A stretch of DNA of 64,000 nt, from the NCBI GenBank assembly GCA_944383335.1, contig CALWPD010000002.1, positions 11,761-75,760 of the forward strand, read 5' to 3'. Source of the stretch: an uncultured Clostridia bacterium (GTDB lineage: Bacteria > Bacillota > Clostridia > Christensenellales > UBA1242). Shown here in pieces: positions 1 through 10,267 of this stretch; position 1 is the first letter of the stretch; each line of letters starts with the position of its first letter. The notes below the pieces were generated by a model that saw only the letters and a program-made list of their open reading frames with translations, was not told the origin of the DNA and did not search any database. The position numbers and the translations under genes are program-made.

Positions 1-2
1 TG

Positions 3-413
3 GAGTTTAGTTCAGATACCGATCTTTTAATGGGTTTAGGAAAGGCACTATTGCAAAATAACAAAACCGTTGCTATGCAACGCGGACTGATAAGTTCAAT
101 AACTTTAACATCAGCAATTTATCCTTTCACAGCAATCAATTTGCCTTACTTTGCAATAAAAGACTATAACGGCTTTGTTACAAACATTTATAAGCCTGAT
201 ACCCTTCTTGCTGAGAAGTTGCAATATATGTTTGCAACACTCTCGCAAGTTGTTTACATTCCTAGCGTGTTTTATCAAAAAGATATTGAAGATGGCAAAA
301 TTACTTTAGAGCAAATTGATGAACAATATTATTTAGACTATACATTAGAAATTTTAGAAAATAATAGTGGAGAACTTGTAATAAGACTTGAAAAGTTAAA
401 TGAAAAAGACTAA
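3..413 (+). CDS. C-terminal fragment of an unidentified protein (5' end lies upstream of the window)
   Basis: The frame of the listed 30..413 ORF stays open back to nt 3 (EFSSDTDLL-MGLG...), so the ATG at 30 is probably internal. No motif recognised. It sits where ftsQ/divIB is often found upstream of ftsA, which is a positional hint only. Confidence 0.4.
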   Translation, partial: EFSSDTDLLMGLGKALLQNNKTVAMQRGLISSITLTSAIYPFTAINLPYFAIKDYNGFVTNIYKPDTLLAEKLQYMFATLSQVVYIPSVFYQKDIEDGKITLEQIDEQYYLDYTLEILENNSGELVIRLEKLNEKD

Positions 414-563
414 GTTCAGACGGACAAGAAAAGGTATTTTTGTACTTAGATGACTACCTTAGGTATTTTTCAGTAAACAAAAAAGAAAAATTGTCAAAGC
501 CGTTTTTCAAAAGTTGAAAAGTTTAACTTTTTTTAATTTTCTTTTCTTAGTTAGAATTTTATG

Positions 564-592
564 TTGACAACATAAACTTTTGAGTTTATAAT
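564..592 (+). promoter_or_regulatory. sigma-A-type promoter upstream of ftsA-ftsZ
   Basis: Perfect TTGACA (564-569), 17-nt spacer, perfect TATAAT (587-592), about 50 nt upstream of the ftsA GTG. Confidence 0.6.
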
Positions 593-641
593 TATAAAAA
601 AATGTTATAAATATACATTTTGTCAAAAAAAGGAGAAAAAA

Positions 642-1802
642 GTGCCTAAGACAAAGGTAACAGTAATAGATGTGGGCTCAAATAGCATAAGAGTGCTTAT
701 TGCAAGTCGTGGCACAATCAATACGCTTTCTTTATGTGGATATTCTGAGGCTGAATATGCAGGATATTATGAAGGTGAATTTTTGGAAGAGGACAAGCTT
801 TCAGACGCGTTCTCAAAAGCACTTTTAGGTGCACAAAGCGTTGCGAATCACCATGTAGACAAGGTATATGTTGGTGTGCCTGCTAACTTCGCTTTTTGTA
901 AAACGAAAACTTTAACTCAAAATTTTGGGCAAAAAGTTAAAATATTGGACGAAGATGTTGCACAGATTTATACAATGGCTGACGATTTGAAAAATCCAAA
1001 TTATGTACTTATCAGTGCTACACCAGTTGCTTTTGAACTTGACGATGGAAGTGTTACAACTTCTCCGGTTGGCAAAAAGAGTAATAAACTAACTGCAACA
1101 GTAAGTCTTATCTATGCAGAAAGAAATTTTATAGAAAAGATAAATGCTATATTAAAAAATATAGGTGTGGCAAGCGTTGAGTATCTATCAAGTACATTAT
1201 GTGAAGATTTGTATCTCTTGCCAAAGGAGCGAAGAGCGGAACCAAATGTTGTTATAGATTGTGGCTACATAGAAACTTCTGTAAGCATAGTTCAAGGTGA
1301 AGGCCTTTTGGACTTGAAATCGTTTGCTGTGGGTGGGGGACACATTTCGGCAGACCTTATGGAATGTTTGAAGATCACTTTTGATGAGGCAGAACAACTT
1401 CGTAAACAGCTTGTGCTTTCAGTAAATGCTGGTGATGGTGATGATTATGAAATTGCCAGAGCGGGTAATGTAGTTCCGATTAGTATGAGACAAGCAAATG
1501 AAATAACATATGCACGACTTGAAATGATGTCGGCTTTAATTGAAAAATGCATAAGGTCAAACATTGAAACTATGCCATATTATTTAACTGGTGGTGGAAT
1601 AAGTTATATAAAAGGTGCAAGAGAAATTCTATGCAAGTGTTTAAATAAAAATGTTAGCATATTGTATCCAAAAGATTTGCATTTAAATAAACCACACTAT
1701 TCAGCACTACTTGGGATGTCAGAATACGTGCTAAATAATAGACAGGAAGAAAATAATAAGAATTTTATTTCAAGACTATTAGAAAAAATAATTAAAAGGT
1801 AA
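642..1802 (+). CDS. ftsA: cell division protein FtsA (divergent)
   Basis: 386-aa actin/ASKHA fold that aligns by eye with FtsA: VIDVGSNS phosphate-1, [13 protein letters not shown] adenosine loop. C-terminal amphipathic helix [13 protein letters not shown] resembles the FtsA membrane-targeting sequence. GTG start after AAGGAG. Directly upstream of ftsZ. Confidence 0.8.
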   Translation: MPKTKVTVIDVGSNSIRVLIASRGTINTLSLCGYSEAEYAGYYEGEFLEEDKLSDAFSKALLGAQSVANHHVDKVYVGVPANFAFCKTKTLTQNFGQKVKILDEDVAQIYTMADDLKNPNYVLISATPVAFELDDGSVTTSPVGKKSNKLTATVSLIYAERNFIEKINAILKNIGVASVEYLSSTLCEDLYLLPKERRAEPNVVIDCGYIETSVSIVQGEGLLDLKSFAVGGGHISADLMECLKITFDEAEQLRKQLVLSVNAGDGDDYEIARAGNVVPISMRQANEITYARLEMMSALIEKCIRSNIETMPYYLTGGGISYIKGAREILCKCLNKNVSILYPKDLHLNKPHYSALLGMSEYVLNNRQEENNKNFISRLLEKIIKR

Positions 1803-1813
1803 GGAGAAGAATT

Positions 1814-3028
1814 ATGTATAGTAATATGAATGTAGGTCCAGTTGCTAATATCAAAGTAATAGGCGTTGGCGGGGGAGGAAACAATGCTGTAAATAGAATG
1901 ATTGATGCAAACATTACAAGCGCTCAGTTTATTGCAATCAATACCGATAAACAGGCACTATTGCTCTCAAAGGCAGACCACAGACTTCAAATTGGAGAAA
2001 AGTTGACTCGTGGGTTGGGCGCTGGTGCTGATCCAGATGTTGGACAAAAAGCGGCAGAAGAAAGTAAAAGTAGTATAAGTGAAATTTTGAAGGACTGCGA
2101 CCTTGTGTTTATTACTGCAGGCATGGGTGGAGGGACAGGTACTGGAGCTGCTCCTGTTGTTGCACAAATTGCAAAAGAAATGGGTATACTTACAATCGCT
2201 GTCGTTACTAAACCTTTTGGGTTTGAAGGTAAAAAACGCCAAGAGAATGCAGAAAAGGGTCTTGAAAATTTAAGAAAATATGTTGACACTTTGGTTATCA
2301 TTCCAAATAATAAGTTACTTGAAATTGTGCCTCAAAAAACTCCAATAATAGAAGCATTTTTGTATGCAGACGATGTTTTAAGACAAGGTATACAAGGCAT
2401 AAGTGATTTGATTGTTACTCCAAGTTTAATCAATCTGGATTTTGCTGATGTTAGGTCAATTATGAAAAATACTGGGCTGGCCCATATGGGAATTGGACAT
2501 GCCAAAGGTGAAAATAAAACCATTGAAGCAGTTCGTCAAGCAGTTTCTTCTCCACTTCTTGAAACAACCATTGAAGGTGCGACAGGAGTCATCCTTAATG
2601 TTAAAGGAGGATTGGATTTGCCACTTGATGAAGTTTACGAAGCAGCAAACCTTGTTCGTGAAGTTGTTGATCCGTCTTGTAACATTATTTTTGGTGCAGG
2701 AATTGATGAAGGCATGAATGATGAAGTGGAAATAACAATAATAGCAACAGGTTTCCAAAATAAACTCACTGGGCAAGAAAAGGACTTGTCGAAGGTAAAA
2801 AAAGATGTTGAAGCAGCAAACAACTTCTCAGATCGTAGATATGAAGGTTTTCCAACCACAAAAAGACTTTTTCCTCGCGAAGAAGAACAGCCAAAACAAC
2901 ATTCACAATATGTAGAACCACCTAAAGCAGAATTTAAAAGAAATGCCGATGGGACAGAATCTTCAAGACTTCATGTTGATGATGCATATGTTCCACCATT
3001 CTTAAGAAAATATAGAGATAACAAATAG
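1814..3028 (+). CDS. ftsZ: cell division GTPase FtsZ
   Basis: [15 protein letters not shown] and [13 protein letters not shown] tubulin-signature motifs; AGGAG SD; conserved C-terminal peptide region ([11 protein letters not shown]). Confidence 0.97.
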   Translation: MYSNMNVGPVANIKVIGVGGGGNNAVNRMIDANITSAQFIAINTDKQALLLSKADHRLQIGEKLTRGLGAGADPDVGQKAAEESKSSISEILKDCDLVFITAGMGGGTGTGAAPVVAQIAKEMGILTIAVVTKPFGFEGKKRQENAEKGLENLRKYVDTLVIIPNNKLLEIVPQKTPIIEAFLYADDVLRQGIQGISDLIVTPSLINLDFADVRSIMKNTGLAHMGIGHAKGENKTIEAVRQAVSSPLLETTIEGATGVILNVKGGLDLPLDEVYEAANLVREVVDPSCNIIFGAGIDEGMNDEVEITIIATGFQNKLTGQEKDLSKVKKDVEAANNFSDRRYEGFPTTKRLFPREEEQPKQHSQYVEPPKAEFKRNADGTESSRLHVDDAYVPPFLRKYRDNK

Positions 3029-3043
3029 GATTAAACATCCTAA

Positions 3044-3071
3044 CCACCAGTCAAACTGGTGGATTTTTTTT
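3044..3071 (+). terminator. rho-independent terminator after ftsZ
   Basis: CCACCAG (3044-3050) / loop TCAAA / CTGGTGG (3056-3062), followed by A + T8 (3063-3071). Confidence 0.8.
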
Positions 3072-3160
3072 ATTATTTTATTATTAATTTGAAAAATTGA
3101 CGATTATTACTTTGATATTCTTAGTTTAAATATTTTATACGCTCATTACATTTATTTTAT

Positions 3161-3188
3161 TTGTTATTTTTAATATATTTGTTATAAT
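3161..3188 (+). promoter_or_regulatory. extended -10 promoter abutting the PAP2 start codon (leaderless candidate)
   Basis: TTGTTA (3161-3166), 16-nt spacer, TGtTATAAT (3180-3188). The ATG at 3195 lies 6 nt after the -10 hexamer and no SD is present. Confidence 0.45.
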
Positions 3189-3194
3189 AAAAAT

Positions 3195-3728
3195 ATGCAG
3201 TGGGAAATTGCTATAATTAAATTGTTACAAAGCGGTCAAAATAGATTTTTTGATGTATTTTTTGAGTTAATAAGCATGTTTGCCGATTATATTGGCATTT
3301 TTTTATTATTTATTTTCTTTTATTTTTTTGCAAATAAAAAATTTTCTTTCTATTTTGTCTTAATAACAATAATAAATAGTAGTTTTAATCATGTTTTAAA
3401 ATTCATTTTTGATCGTCCTCGTCCATTTGAAGTTGATATGGATGTGATAAATAAATTAGAAGCACTGGGTAGAAGTTTCCCAAGTGGACATACAGTTTGT
3501 GCCACAACCATGGTATTCTTTATTTTGTTGTATACACTTCAGAAATGTAAGAGAAAATGGACAAAAGTACTTAGCATAATTTTATGTATATTGTTTTTAG
3601 TATTAGTGGCACTATCTAGAATGTATTTAGGACAACATTTTTTAACCGATATATTATCTGGGATGCTGGTATCTTTGATTTTATGCACAATACTGTTAAG
3701 CATTGTAAAAAAACAACTTATTCTTTAA
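3195..3728 (+). CDS. PAP2-family lipid phosphatase (undecaprenyl-diphosphatase/phosphatidic-acid-phosphatase type)
   Basis: The three PAP2 motifs are present: KFIFDRPRP (KxxxxxxRP), PSGH, SRMYLGQHFLTD (SRxxxxxHxxxD). Multi-TM protein. Confidence 0.85.
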   Translation: MQWEIAIIKLLQSGQNRFFDVFFELISMFADYIGIFLLFIFFYFFANKKFSFYFVLITIINSSFNHVLKFIFDRPRPFEVDMDVINKLEALGRSFPSGHTVCATTMVFFILLYTLQKCKRKWTKVLSIILCILFLVLVALSRMYLGQHFLTDILSGMLVSLILCTILLSIVKKQLIL

Positions 3729-3770
3729 TTTCTTGTATTAAAAAATGCAATTTTTCATAAAATATAACAT

Positions 3771-4313
3771 ATGAAAAAAGCAGGTATAATATCTATAATA
3801 TTTGTTACCACATTGGTAGTGGCAATTTACCTTTTTTTGTGCCTTAGTTACATTTTATATCCAATAAAATATAAAGATATTATACTTTTGTATGGTGAGC
3901 AATATAATGTTAATAGCAATTTGATAGCAAGTTTAATCAATGTTGAAAGTGGTTTTAATTGTGATGCTGTTTCGCAAAAAGGTGCTGTGGGACTTATGCA
4001 GCTTATGCCATCAACTGCCAAGTGGCTTGCTAATGAGTTGGATATTGAATATGCTGATGACAAACTTTTTGAACCAGAGTATAACATTAAACTAGGTGCG
4101 TACTATCTTGCTTATCTCAGTAAAAAATTTGAAAATATTCGCACAGTACTTTGCGCTTATAATGCAGGTGAGGGCGTTGTAAAAAATTGGCTCTCAAATC
4201 GTGAATATTCGTCTGATGGAAAAACTTTAAATTATATTCCGTATGCAGAAACAAAGACTCATGTGGAAAAAGTTGAAAAAGGTTTAAAGATATATGAAAG
4301 GAAACTAAAATGA
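3771..4313 (+). CDS. membrane-anchored lytic transglycosylase (SLT domain)
   Basis: N-terminal TM helix; catalytic NVESGF, GLMQLMPSTA and AYNAGEG motifs of family-1 lytic transglycosylases. Confidence 0.85.
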   Translation: MKKAGIISIIFVTTLVVAIYLFLCLSYILYPIKYKDIILLYGEQYNVNSNLIASLINVESGFNCDAVSQKGAVGLMQLMPSTAKWLANELDIEYADDKLFEPEYNIKLGAYYLAYLSKKFENIRTVLCAYNAGEGVVKNWLSNREYSSDGKTLNYIPYAETKTHVEKVEKGLKIYERKLK

Positions 4314-5540
4314 GTCATTGCCATCATCGTCATCATCAAGTCTTAGCGCTTGGGAATTTATGAGCTTGTCATTTTGGCTTAGCAATGGCTTAATGCTATC
4401 ATAGCCATATTTTTGCCTAATTTTGTCTATTGCATTTTCAAGGTTTTTTCTATTTCTGTTTGTACTAAATAGATCGAGTTGTGATATATCATCACTATCT
4501 AAGTTTGAAACACTTATTCTAATGCTCCTAAGTGGACAAATTTCATCCCAAATTTGGTCAATAATATTCATTGAAGTGTTATAAATATCTTTTGTAAAAT
4601 TAGTGTTTTTTTTCATTGTATGGCTTTTGGAAAGCCAAATTAAATCATTGCGTCTAAGTGAGACTGAAATGGTTGAACCAGTGAAATGTTTGGCTCTAAG
4701 CCTAGTAGCAATTTCATCACACAAAAACATAACCACACTTCTAAGGTCTTTTTTAGTTTTTACATCAACAAGTGTTGTTGTGCCATTTCCGACGCTTTTT
4801 ACTACTTTTCTATCGTCAACACTTTGAACGTCGTCATCATCAATCCCTTGTACATTTTTTTGGAGTTTTTCACCAACAATTCCAAATTTCCTTTTTATGA
4901 TATTCTCGTCATATTCTGCAAGGTCGCCAAGTGTGAATATATTTATTTTATTAAGTTTCGTTTCCATTTTCTTTCCAATGCCAATTATACTTGCGAGTGG
5001 TAGATGATATGTTTTTTGCTTAAAGTTTTCTAGTGATATGACGGTTACTGCATCTGGTTTTTTCATATCGCTCCCAAGCTTTGCAAATGTTTTAGAAAAA
5101 CTAACACCCACTGAAATTGTAACACCAATTTCATCTTTAATACGCTGACGAAGTGTGTTTGCTACATCCAGTGCGCTTCCAAAAAATTTTACTGTGTTTG
5201 TTATATCCAGCCAACATTCATCTATCCCAAAAGGCTCCACCTTATCTGTATATTCTTCGTAAATTGCTCGTATTCTTCTAGAATAGTTTTCATAAATCTT
5301 ATGGTGCGGTCTAACACACACGAGGTTAGGACATTTCCTTTTTGCTTCAAAAATCACATCACCAGTTTTAATACCAAAACTTTTTGCGATTTCGTTTTTT
5401 GCAAGTACAATACCATTACGCTTTGTAACCTCACCAGTAACTGCAACAGGCTGATCTTTTATAGAAGGATTAAGTGCACACTCACATGATGCAAAAAAAT
5501 TATTGACATCACAATGAAGAATAATTTTTTTTGTTTGCAT
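4305..5540 (-). CDS. dinB: Y-family DNA polymerase IV
   Basis: HCDVNNFFASCE and FGIDECWLDIT catalytic motifs; 411 aa; AAGGAGG SD on the minus strand; acidic C-terminal tail (DDDDDGNDSF). Confidence 0.9.
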   Translation of the reverse strand: MQTKKIILHCDVNNFFASCECALNPSIKDQPVAVTGEVTKRNGIVLAKNEIAKSFGIKTGDVIFEAKRKCPNLVCVRPHHKIYENYSRRIRAIYEEYTDKVEPFGIDECWLDITNTVKFFGSALDVANTLRQRIKDEIGVTISVGVSFSKTFAKLGSDMKKPDAVTVISLENFKQKTYHLPLASIIGIGKKMETKLNKINIFTLGDLAEYDENIIKRKFGIVGEKLQKNVQGIDDDDVQSVDDRKVVKSVGNGTTTLVDVKTKKDLRSVVMFLCDEIATRLRAKHFTGSTISVSLRRNDLIWLSKSHTMKKNTNFTKDIYNTSMNIIDQIWDEICPLRSIRISVSNLDSDDISQLDLFSTNRNRKNLENAIDKIRQKYGYDSIKPLLSQNDKLINSQALRLDDDDDGNDSF

Positions 5541-5599
5541 TTTGTCCTCCTTTTGTTATAATATTATTAAATTTAATATGACAATAATAAAGGCTTTTT

Positions 5600-6874
5600 A
5601 TGAAAATTTTATTTAAAAACGCAAATATTTTAGATGTTGAAAATGGAAAACTCTTTTTAGGTAATGTAATTGTTACAGATAACATAATCAGTTTTGTTGG
5701 TACAACATATCCAAATGACAATTTTGACGAAGTAATAGATTGCAAACAAAACATTCTTATGCCAGGCTTTGTGGATGCGCATTGTCATTCACCAATGACT
5801 ATCTTGCGTGGAGTCGGTGCAGATTTACCATTGAAAGATTGGCTTTTTGACAAAATTATTCCTCTTGAAAATAAGTTGACACCAAATGATATATATTGGG
5901 GTGAAAAACTTGCGATACTTGAATACCTTGCAGCTGGAATAACTACGGTGGAAGAATGTTATTTTGATAATGAGCAAATAATAAAGGCACTTTCTGAATC
6001 TGGTATGCGTGCAAGAGTGGGCTTTGGACCATCTACAAGAAAAACAAATAAGGATATGCAGACTTTTTTGACAGAACAATTAAATATGTTTCAAAAAGTA
6101 GATCATAAACAAATTAAGCCTTGTTTGTATATTCATTCTATTTATACATCGACATCAGATGAAATTGAAAATTGTGTCTATTTTTCTGCTAAAAATAATT
6201 TACCTATGAGTATTCATCTTTCTGAAACACTTGATGAAGTGGGTAATTGTACGGTACAAAATGATGGACTTACACCACCACAGTATCTTGAAAGTTTGGG
6301 CTTTTTTGACAGAAATACCCTTTGTTATCACTGTGTGCATATGGATAAGGATGATTTGCAAATTTTGGCGGATTACAACTCAAATATTTGTACTTGTCCA
6401 TCATCCAATATAAAACTTGCAAGTGGCATTGCTCCAATTTATGCAATGCAAAATAAAGGAATAAACATTGCTATTGGCACCGATGGTGTAGCATCAAATA
6501 ATAGTCTAGATATGTTCAAAGAAATGTTTTTGGTATCTACGCTTGCAAAAGTCAGTATATCAGATGCAAGCGCAGTCAAAGCGCAAGATGTTTTAAAAAT
6601 GGCAACGAAAAATGGTTCTAAAGCTCTTGGCTTTGATTGTGGAGAGATTGTTGTTGGCAAAACAGCGGATTTGATTATTATAGATATCCATAAACCGCAT
6701 ATGTATCCTCATTCAGATCTACTGTCGCACCTTGTTTATTCTGCCAAGTCATCAGATGTTGTTCTTACAATGATTAATGGGAGAATACTATACAAAGATG
6801 GTGTTTACACAAATGAGGATGCTCAGTTAATTTATAACAAAATAAATGAAATAAGAGAGAGGTTAACAAAATGA
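5600..6874 (+). CDS. mtaD: amidohydrolase, 5-methylthioadenosine/S-adenosylhomocysteine deaminase-like
   Basis: PGFVDAHCH metal-binding HxH, HLSE, and GTDGVASNNSLDMFKEM, all typical of the MtaD/ATZ-TRZ subgroup; 424 aa. Confidence 0.75.
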   Translation: MKILFKNANILDVENGKLFLGNVIVTDNIISFVGTTYPNDNFDEVIDCKQNILMPGFVDAHCHSPMTILRGVGADLPLKDWLFDKIIPLENKLTPNDIYWGEKLAILEYLAAGITTVEECYFDNEQIIKALSESGMRARVGFGPSTRKTNKDMQTFLTEQLNMFQKVDHKQIKPCLYIHSIYTSTSDEIENCVYFSAKNNLPMSIHLSETLDEVGNCTVQNDGLTPPQYLESLGFFDRNTLCYHCVHMDKDDLQILADYNSNICTCPSSNIKLASGIAPIYAMQNKGINIAIGTDGVASNNSLDMFKEMFLVSTLAKVSISDASAVKAQDVLKMATKNGSKALGFDCGEIVVGKTADLIIIDIHKPHMYPHSDLLSHLVYSAKSSDVVLTMINGRILYKDGVYTNEDAQLIYNKINEIRERLTK

Positions 6875-9021
6875 ATATAAACGAAACATTGTCAAAAGAG
6901 TTTGATGTAAGGCTTGATAGAGTTGAAAATATCATCAAAATGATTGATGAAGGAGACACTATCCCTTTTATCGCGAGATATCGTAAAGAACTAACGGGCA
7001 GTCTTGACGACCAAATTTTACGTGAAATGAATGATAGATTAAATTATCTTCGAAACTTGGAAAAGCGCAAAACAGAAGTGGAGAATAGTATTAAAGAGCA
7101 AGAGAAATGGAGCGATGAACTTGAACAAAAACTCAATGATGCCAAAACCTTAACCGAAGTTGAAGATATTTATAGACCATATAAACCAAAGCGTAAAACT
7201 CGTGCATCAGTTGCCATTGCTAAAGGGCTTGAACCACTTGCAGATATCTTAATCAAACAAGAGTTTGACGGGGATATCAATTTACTTTGTAGTAATTATA
7301 TAAATGAAGAAAAGGGAGTCAAGACGGTAGAAGATGCGCTTAATGGTGCTAAAGACATAATTGCAGAGAGAATAAGTGATGATAGTGAATTGAGAAAAAT
7401 ACTTCGTGAGCTTTTACAAGAAAAAGCGAATATAAAAACAGAACTTTTAGATAACGAAAAGAATAAAACTTATGAAATGTATAGAGACTATACTGAACCA
7501 GTTGCAAAAATGCCAAGCCATAGAATTTTGGCTATAAACCGTGGCGAAAAAGAAGATTGTATAAAGGTCAGTGTGGTAATTGATGATAAATTACCATTAA
7601 AAAAGATTGAAAAAGAATATTTAAAAGACAACCCAACTACTTATGATATCATGAAGAGTACAATTTTGGATAGTTATGATAGACTACTATTTCCTTCACT
7701 AGAAAGAGAACTTCGCACTACACTCACAGATAGAGCGAACGAACAGGCAATCAAGATGTTTGATATAAATCTTCGTCCATTATTACTTCAAGCACCTTTA
7801 AAGAATAATGTGATAATGGGTTTTGATCCAGGGTACAGAATGGGTTGTAAAATCGCAGTAATTGATCAAAAGGGTGATGTGTTGGACACCACAGTTGTTT
7901 ATCCAACTCCACCACAATCAAAGACTGAAGAAAGTATGGAAATATTAACCAAGCTCATAAATAAGGACAAGGTCGATATTATTGCAATAGGAAATGGAAC
8001 TGCAAGTAAGGAGAGCGAAATTTTTGTAGCAGAGCTATTAAAGCATATTAAACGCCCAGTAAGTTATGCAATGGTAAACGAGGCAGGAGCGTCAGTTTAT
8101 AGTGCTTCAAAACTTGGAGCAAAAGAGTTTCCCGATTTTGACGTAAATCTTCGAAGTGCCGTAAGTATTGCTCGAAGATTACAAGATCCATTAAGCGAAC
8201 TTATAAAAATAGATGTAAAATCCATAGGCGTAGGGCAATATCAACATGATATGCCACAGGCAAGACTGACTGAAGTTTTAACAGGAGTTGTTGAAGATTG
8301 CGTTAATAGTGTTGGTGTGGATCTAAATACAGCATCACCTAGATTGCTTGAATTTGTTTCAGGATTAAACTCAAAAACTGCACAAAATATAGTTAAATAT
8401 AGGAAAGAAATTATACATTTCCAAAATCGTGAACAACTTTTAAAAGTTTCGGGATTAGGTCGGAAAGCGTTTGAGCAGTGTGCAGGCTTTTTGCGCATCA
8501 CAGACGGCGACAATGTATTAGATAATACCGCCGTGCATCCAGAGAGTTATGATTCGGTTGAAAAACTCTTGACGCATTATAATTTCACAAGCGATGATGT
8601 CAAAAATGGCAATATAAATGATATAAGAGATATGATAAAAGCCGAGGGGGAAGAGAAAGTTGCATCTCTTATTGGTGTGGGTGTTCCAACGCTAAAAGAT
8701 ATTGTTGAAGAATTATTGAAACCGGGTAGAGATATTCGTGAAAGTATGCCAAAACCTGTGTTAAGAAGCGACATCCTATCACTTCAAGACTTAAAAGAAG
8801 GAATGATTTTAACAGGTACAGTGCGAAATGTAATCGATTTTGGAGCGTTTGTGGACATTGGTGTACATCAAGACGGGCTTGTACACATCTCGCAAATTTG
8901 TGATAAATATATAAAACATCCAAGCGAAGTGCTTAAAGTTGGCGATATTATAACTGTAAAAGTTCTTGGAATAGATGTTGAAAAAAAACGTATTTCACTT
9001 ACAATGAAGGGCTTGGAATAA
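6871..9021 (+). CDS. tex: Tex-family transcription accessory protein (S1 RNA-binding)
   Basis: IPFIARYRKELTG N-terminal signature, YqgF-like GFDPGYRMGCKIAVID, HhH region, C-terminal S1 domain (GTVRNVIDFGAFVDIG...DGLVHISQI). The ATG overlaps the mtaD stop (ATGA). Confidence 0.92.
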   Translation: MNINETLSKEFDVRLDRVENIIKMIDEGDTIPFIARYRKELTGSLDDQILREMNDRLNYLRNLEKRKTEVENSIKEQEKWSDELEQKLNDAKTLTEVEDIYRPYKPKRKTRASVAIAKGLEPLADILIKQEFDGDINLLCSNYINEEKGVKTVEDALNGAKDIIAERISDDSELRKILRELLQEKANIKTELLDNEKNKTYEMYRDYTEPVAKMPSHRILAINRGEKEDCIKVSVVIDDKLPLKKIEKEYLKDNPTTYDIMKSTILDSYDRLLFPSLERELRTTLTDRANEQAIKMFDINLRPLLLQAPLKNNVIMGFDPGYRMGCKIAVIDQKGDVLDTTVVYPTPPQSKTEESMEILTKLINKDKVDIIAIGNGTASKESEIFVAELLKHIKRPVSYAMVNEAGASVYSASKLGAKEFPDFDVNLRSAVSIARRLQDPLSELIKIDVKSIGVGQYQHDMPQARLTEVLTGVVEDCVNSVGVDLNTASPRLLEFVSGLNSKTAQNIVKYRKEIIHFQNREQLLKVSGLGRKAFEQCAGFLRITDGDNVLDNTAVHPESYDSVEKLLTHYNFTSDDVKNGNINDIRDMIKAEGEEKVASLIGVGVPTLKDIVEELLKPGRDIRESMPKPVLRSDILSLQDLKEGMILTGTVRNVIDFGAFVDIGVHQDGLVHISQICDKYIKHPSEVLKVGDIITVKVLGIDVEKKRISLTMKGLE

Positions 9022-9081
9022 TAAATCAGCTCTTGACAACTATTTATAAAGTGCTATACTTATTTTCGTAAGGAGATTTTT

Positions 9082-9429
9082 ATGAGTAAAAGAGAGTTAA
9101 AGAAAAAACAAAGGACATTAAAGACATTATCAAAAGCGACAGTAATTGGTGGTATTACTCTTGGTATTGTTCTTATGTGTGTTGGTTTTGCTCTTTTGGG
9201 CAGTGGTCTTATTTGGGCTTCACTTCTAGGAGCATTTGTATGTGGTGTGTTAGGCATAACAGCAGGTGTGGTAATTAATAATAAAGCCGAAAAAATATCT
9301 TTTAATGATAATGAAAACTATATTGTAAATGATTTTGTTTCAGATAAAGAACAATCACACTTGCAAGTTAAACAAAAAGAGAATACAAATACAAAACAAT
9401 CACAACATGAAGATGGTTTGACTTTATAA
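9082..9429 (+). CDS. hypothetical small membrane protein (2 TM)
   Basis: AAGGAG SD; basic N-terminus, two hydrophobic helices, polar Q/N/K-rich tail. No family recognised. Confidence 0.55.
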   Translation: MSKRELKKKQRTLKTLSKATVIGGITLGIVLMCVGFALLGSGLIWASLLGAFVCGVLGITAGVVINNKAEKISFNDNENYIVNDFVSDKEQSHLQVKQKENTNTKQSQHEDGLTL

Positions 9430-9444
9430 TTTTAATTAATACAA

Positions 9445-9473
9445 AAAACTCTATCAAAGCTGGTAGAGTTTTT
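9445..9473 (+). terminator. rho-independent terminator
   Basis: AAAACTCTATCA / loop AAGC / TGGTAGAGTTTT, with the U-tract continuing into the stem end. Confidence 0.7.
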
Positions 9474-9522
9474 ATATGGTTTAAGATTTTATATAAATTT
9501 GTGTTGTTTTTTTGTATAAAGG

Positions 9523-9551
9523 TTGATTTATTTGATGTGATATGCCATAAT
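9523..9551 (+). promoter_or_regulatory. sigma-A-type promoter abutting the start codon of the 9559 gene (leaderless candidate)
   Basis: TTGATT (9523-9528), 17-nt spacer, TGcCATAAT (9543-9551). The ATG at 9559 is 7 nt after the -10 and has no SD. Confidence 0.5.
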
Positions 9552-9558
9552 TAAAAAT

Positions 9559-10266
9559 ATGAAAAGTTTTCTAGAGCGTAGGCAAAAAGAACGCAATTTT
9601 GATGCATTTAATGTTATAAATATAATGTTGCTAGTTGGGGTTTTGGTTGCATTTATAATTTCAACTGTATTTTGTATTGTTGACATTGTGGAGAAAATAG
9701 AAACAAGCATATTACCCCTTTTTGAGCGTTTGTTGGCTATAGTTTTATTGTTTTTGCCACTTTATTTGAAATTGATATTCAAAATCCAATTTCCACGAAC
9801 TGCAACAAGTTTATTTTATTTATTCTTATTTTTAAGTGTTTATCTTGGAGATTTTATTAATCTATCAGCCATTCTGTGGTGGTGGGATAATATTATTCAA
9901 TTTTTTAGTGGATTATTACTTGGCTTTTTAGCAATGTTTTTGGTTAATCATCTCGCGAAAAAGGGTGCAAATTCACCAATTTATATTTTTTTATTTGTGC
10001 TTTGTTTTTCTATGGCACTTATAAGTATGTGGGAAATTTTTGAATTTGTGTTGGATGTCATTTTTGATTTAGATTTTCAACATGCAGGAGAATTTATAGG
10101 AAAAAGTGCTTTGTATGATACTATGTTTGATGTTATTGCAAGCACTATAGGTGCAATCGTTTCTGCACTTTGTTGTGCACTTTTGACATATAAAGATAAA
10201 AATTTTGTTTTACAATTCAGAGTTACAAAAATCAAAAAACAAAAAATATCGCAAATTGAGGAATGA
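9559..10266 (+). CDS. integral membrane protein, possibly YjdF/DUF2238-like
   Basis: About 6 TM helices. The segment WEIFEFVLDVIFDLDFQHAGEFIGKSALYDTMFDVIASTIGA resembles the DUF2238 pattern as I recall it. The family call is tentative. Confidence 0.6.
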   Translation: MKSFLERRQKERNFDAFNVINIMLLVGVLVAFIISTVFCIVDIVEKIETSILPLFERLLAIVLLFLPLYLKLIFKIQFPRTATSLFYLFLFLSVYLGDFINLSAILWWWDNIIQFFSGLLLGFLAMFLVNHLAKKGANSPIYIFLFVLCFSMALISMWEIFEFVLDVIFDLDFQHAGEFIGKSALYDTMFDVIASTIGAIVSALCCALLTYKDKNFVLQFRVTKIKKQKISQIEE

Positions 10267-10267
10267 T

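Noticed and set aside
10205-10267. N-terminal extensions offered by the ORF track (cysS from 10205, minE from 22850, rsgA from 36930, uppS from 45552, nusA from 50668, and others)
   Set aside because: The extensions overlap the preceding genes and lack SDs. The downstream ATGs have SDs and give canonical family N-termini.
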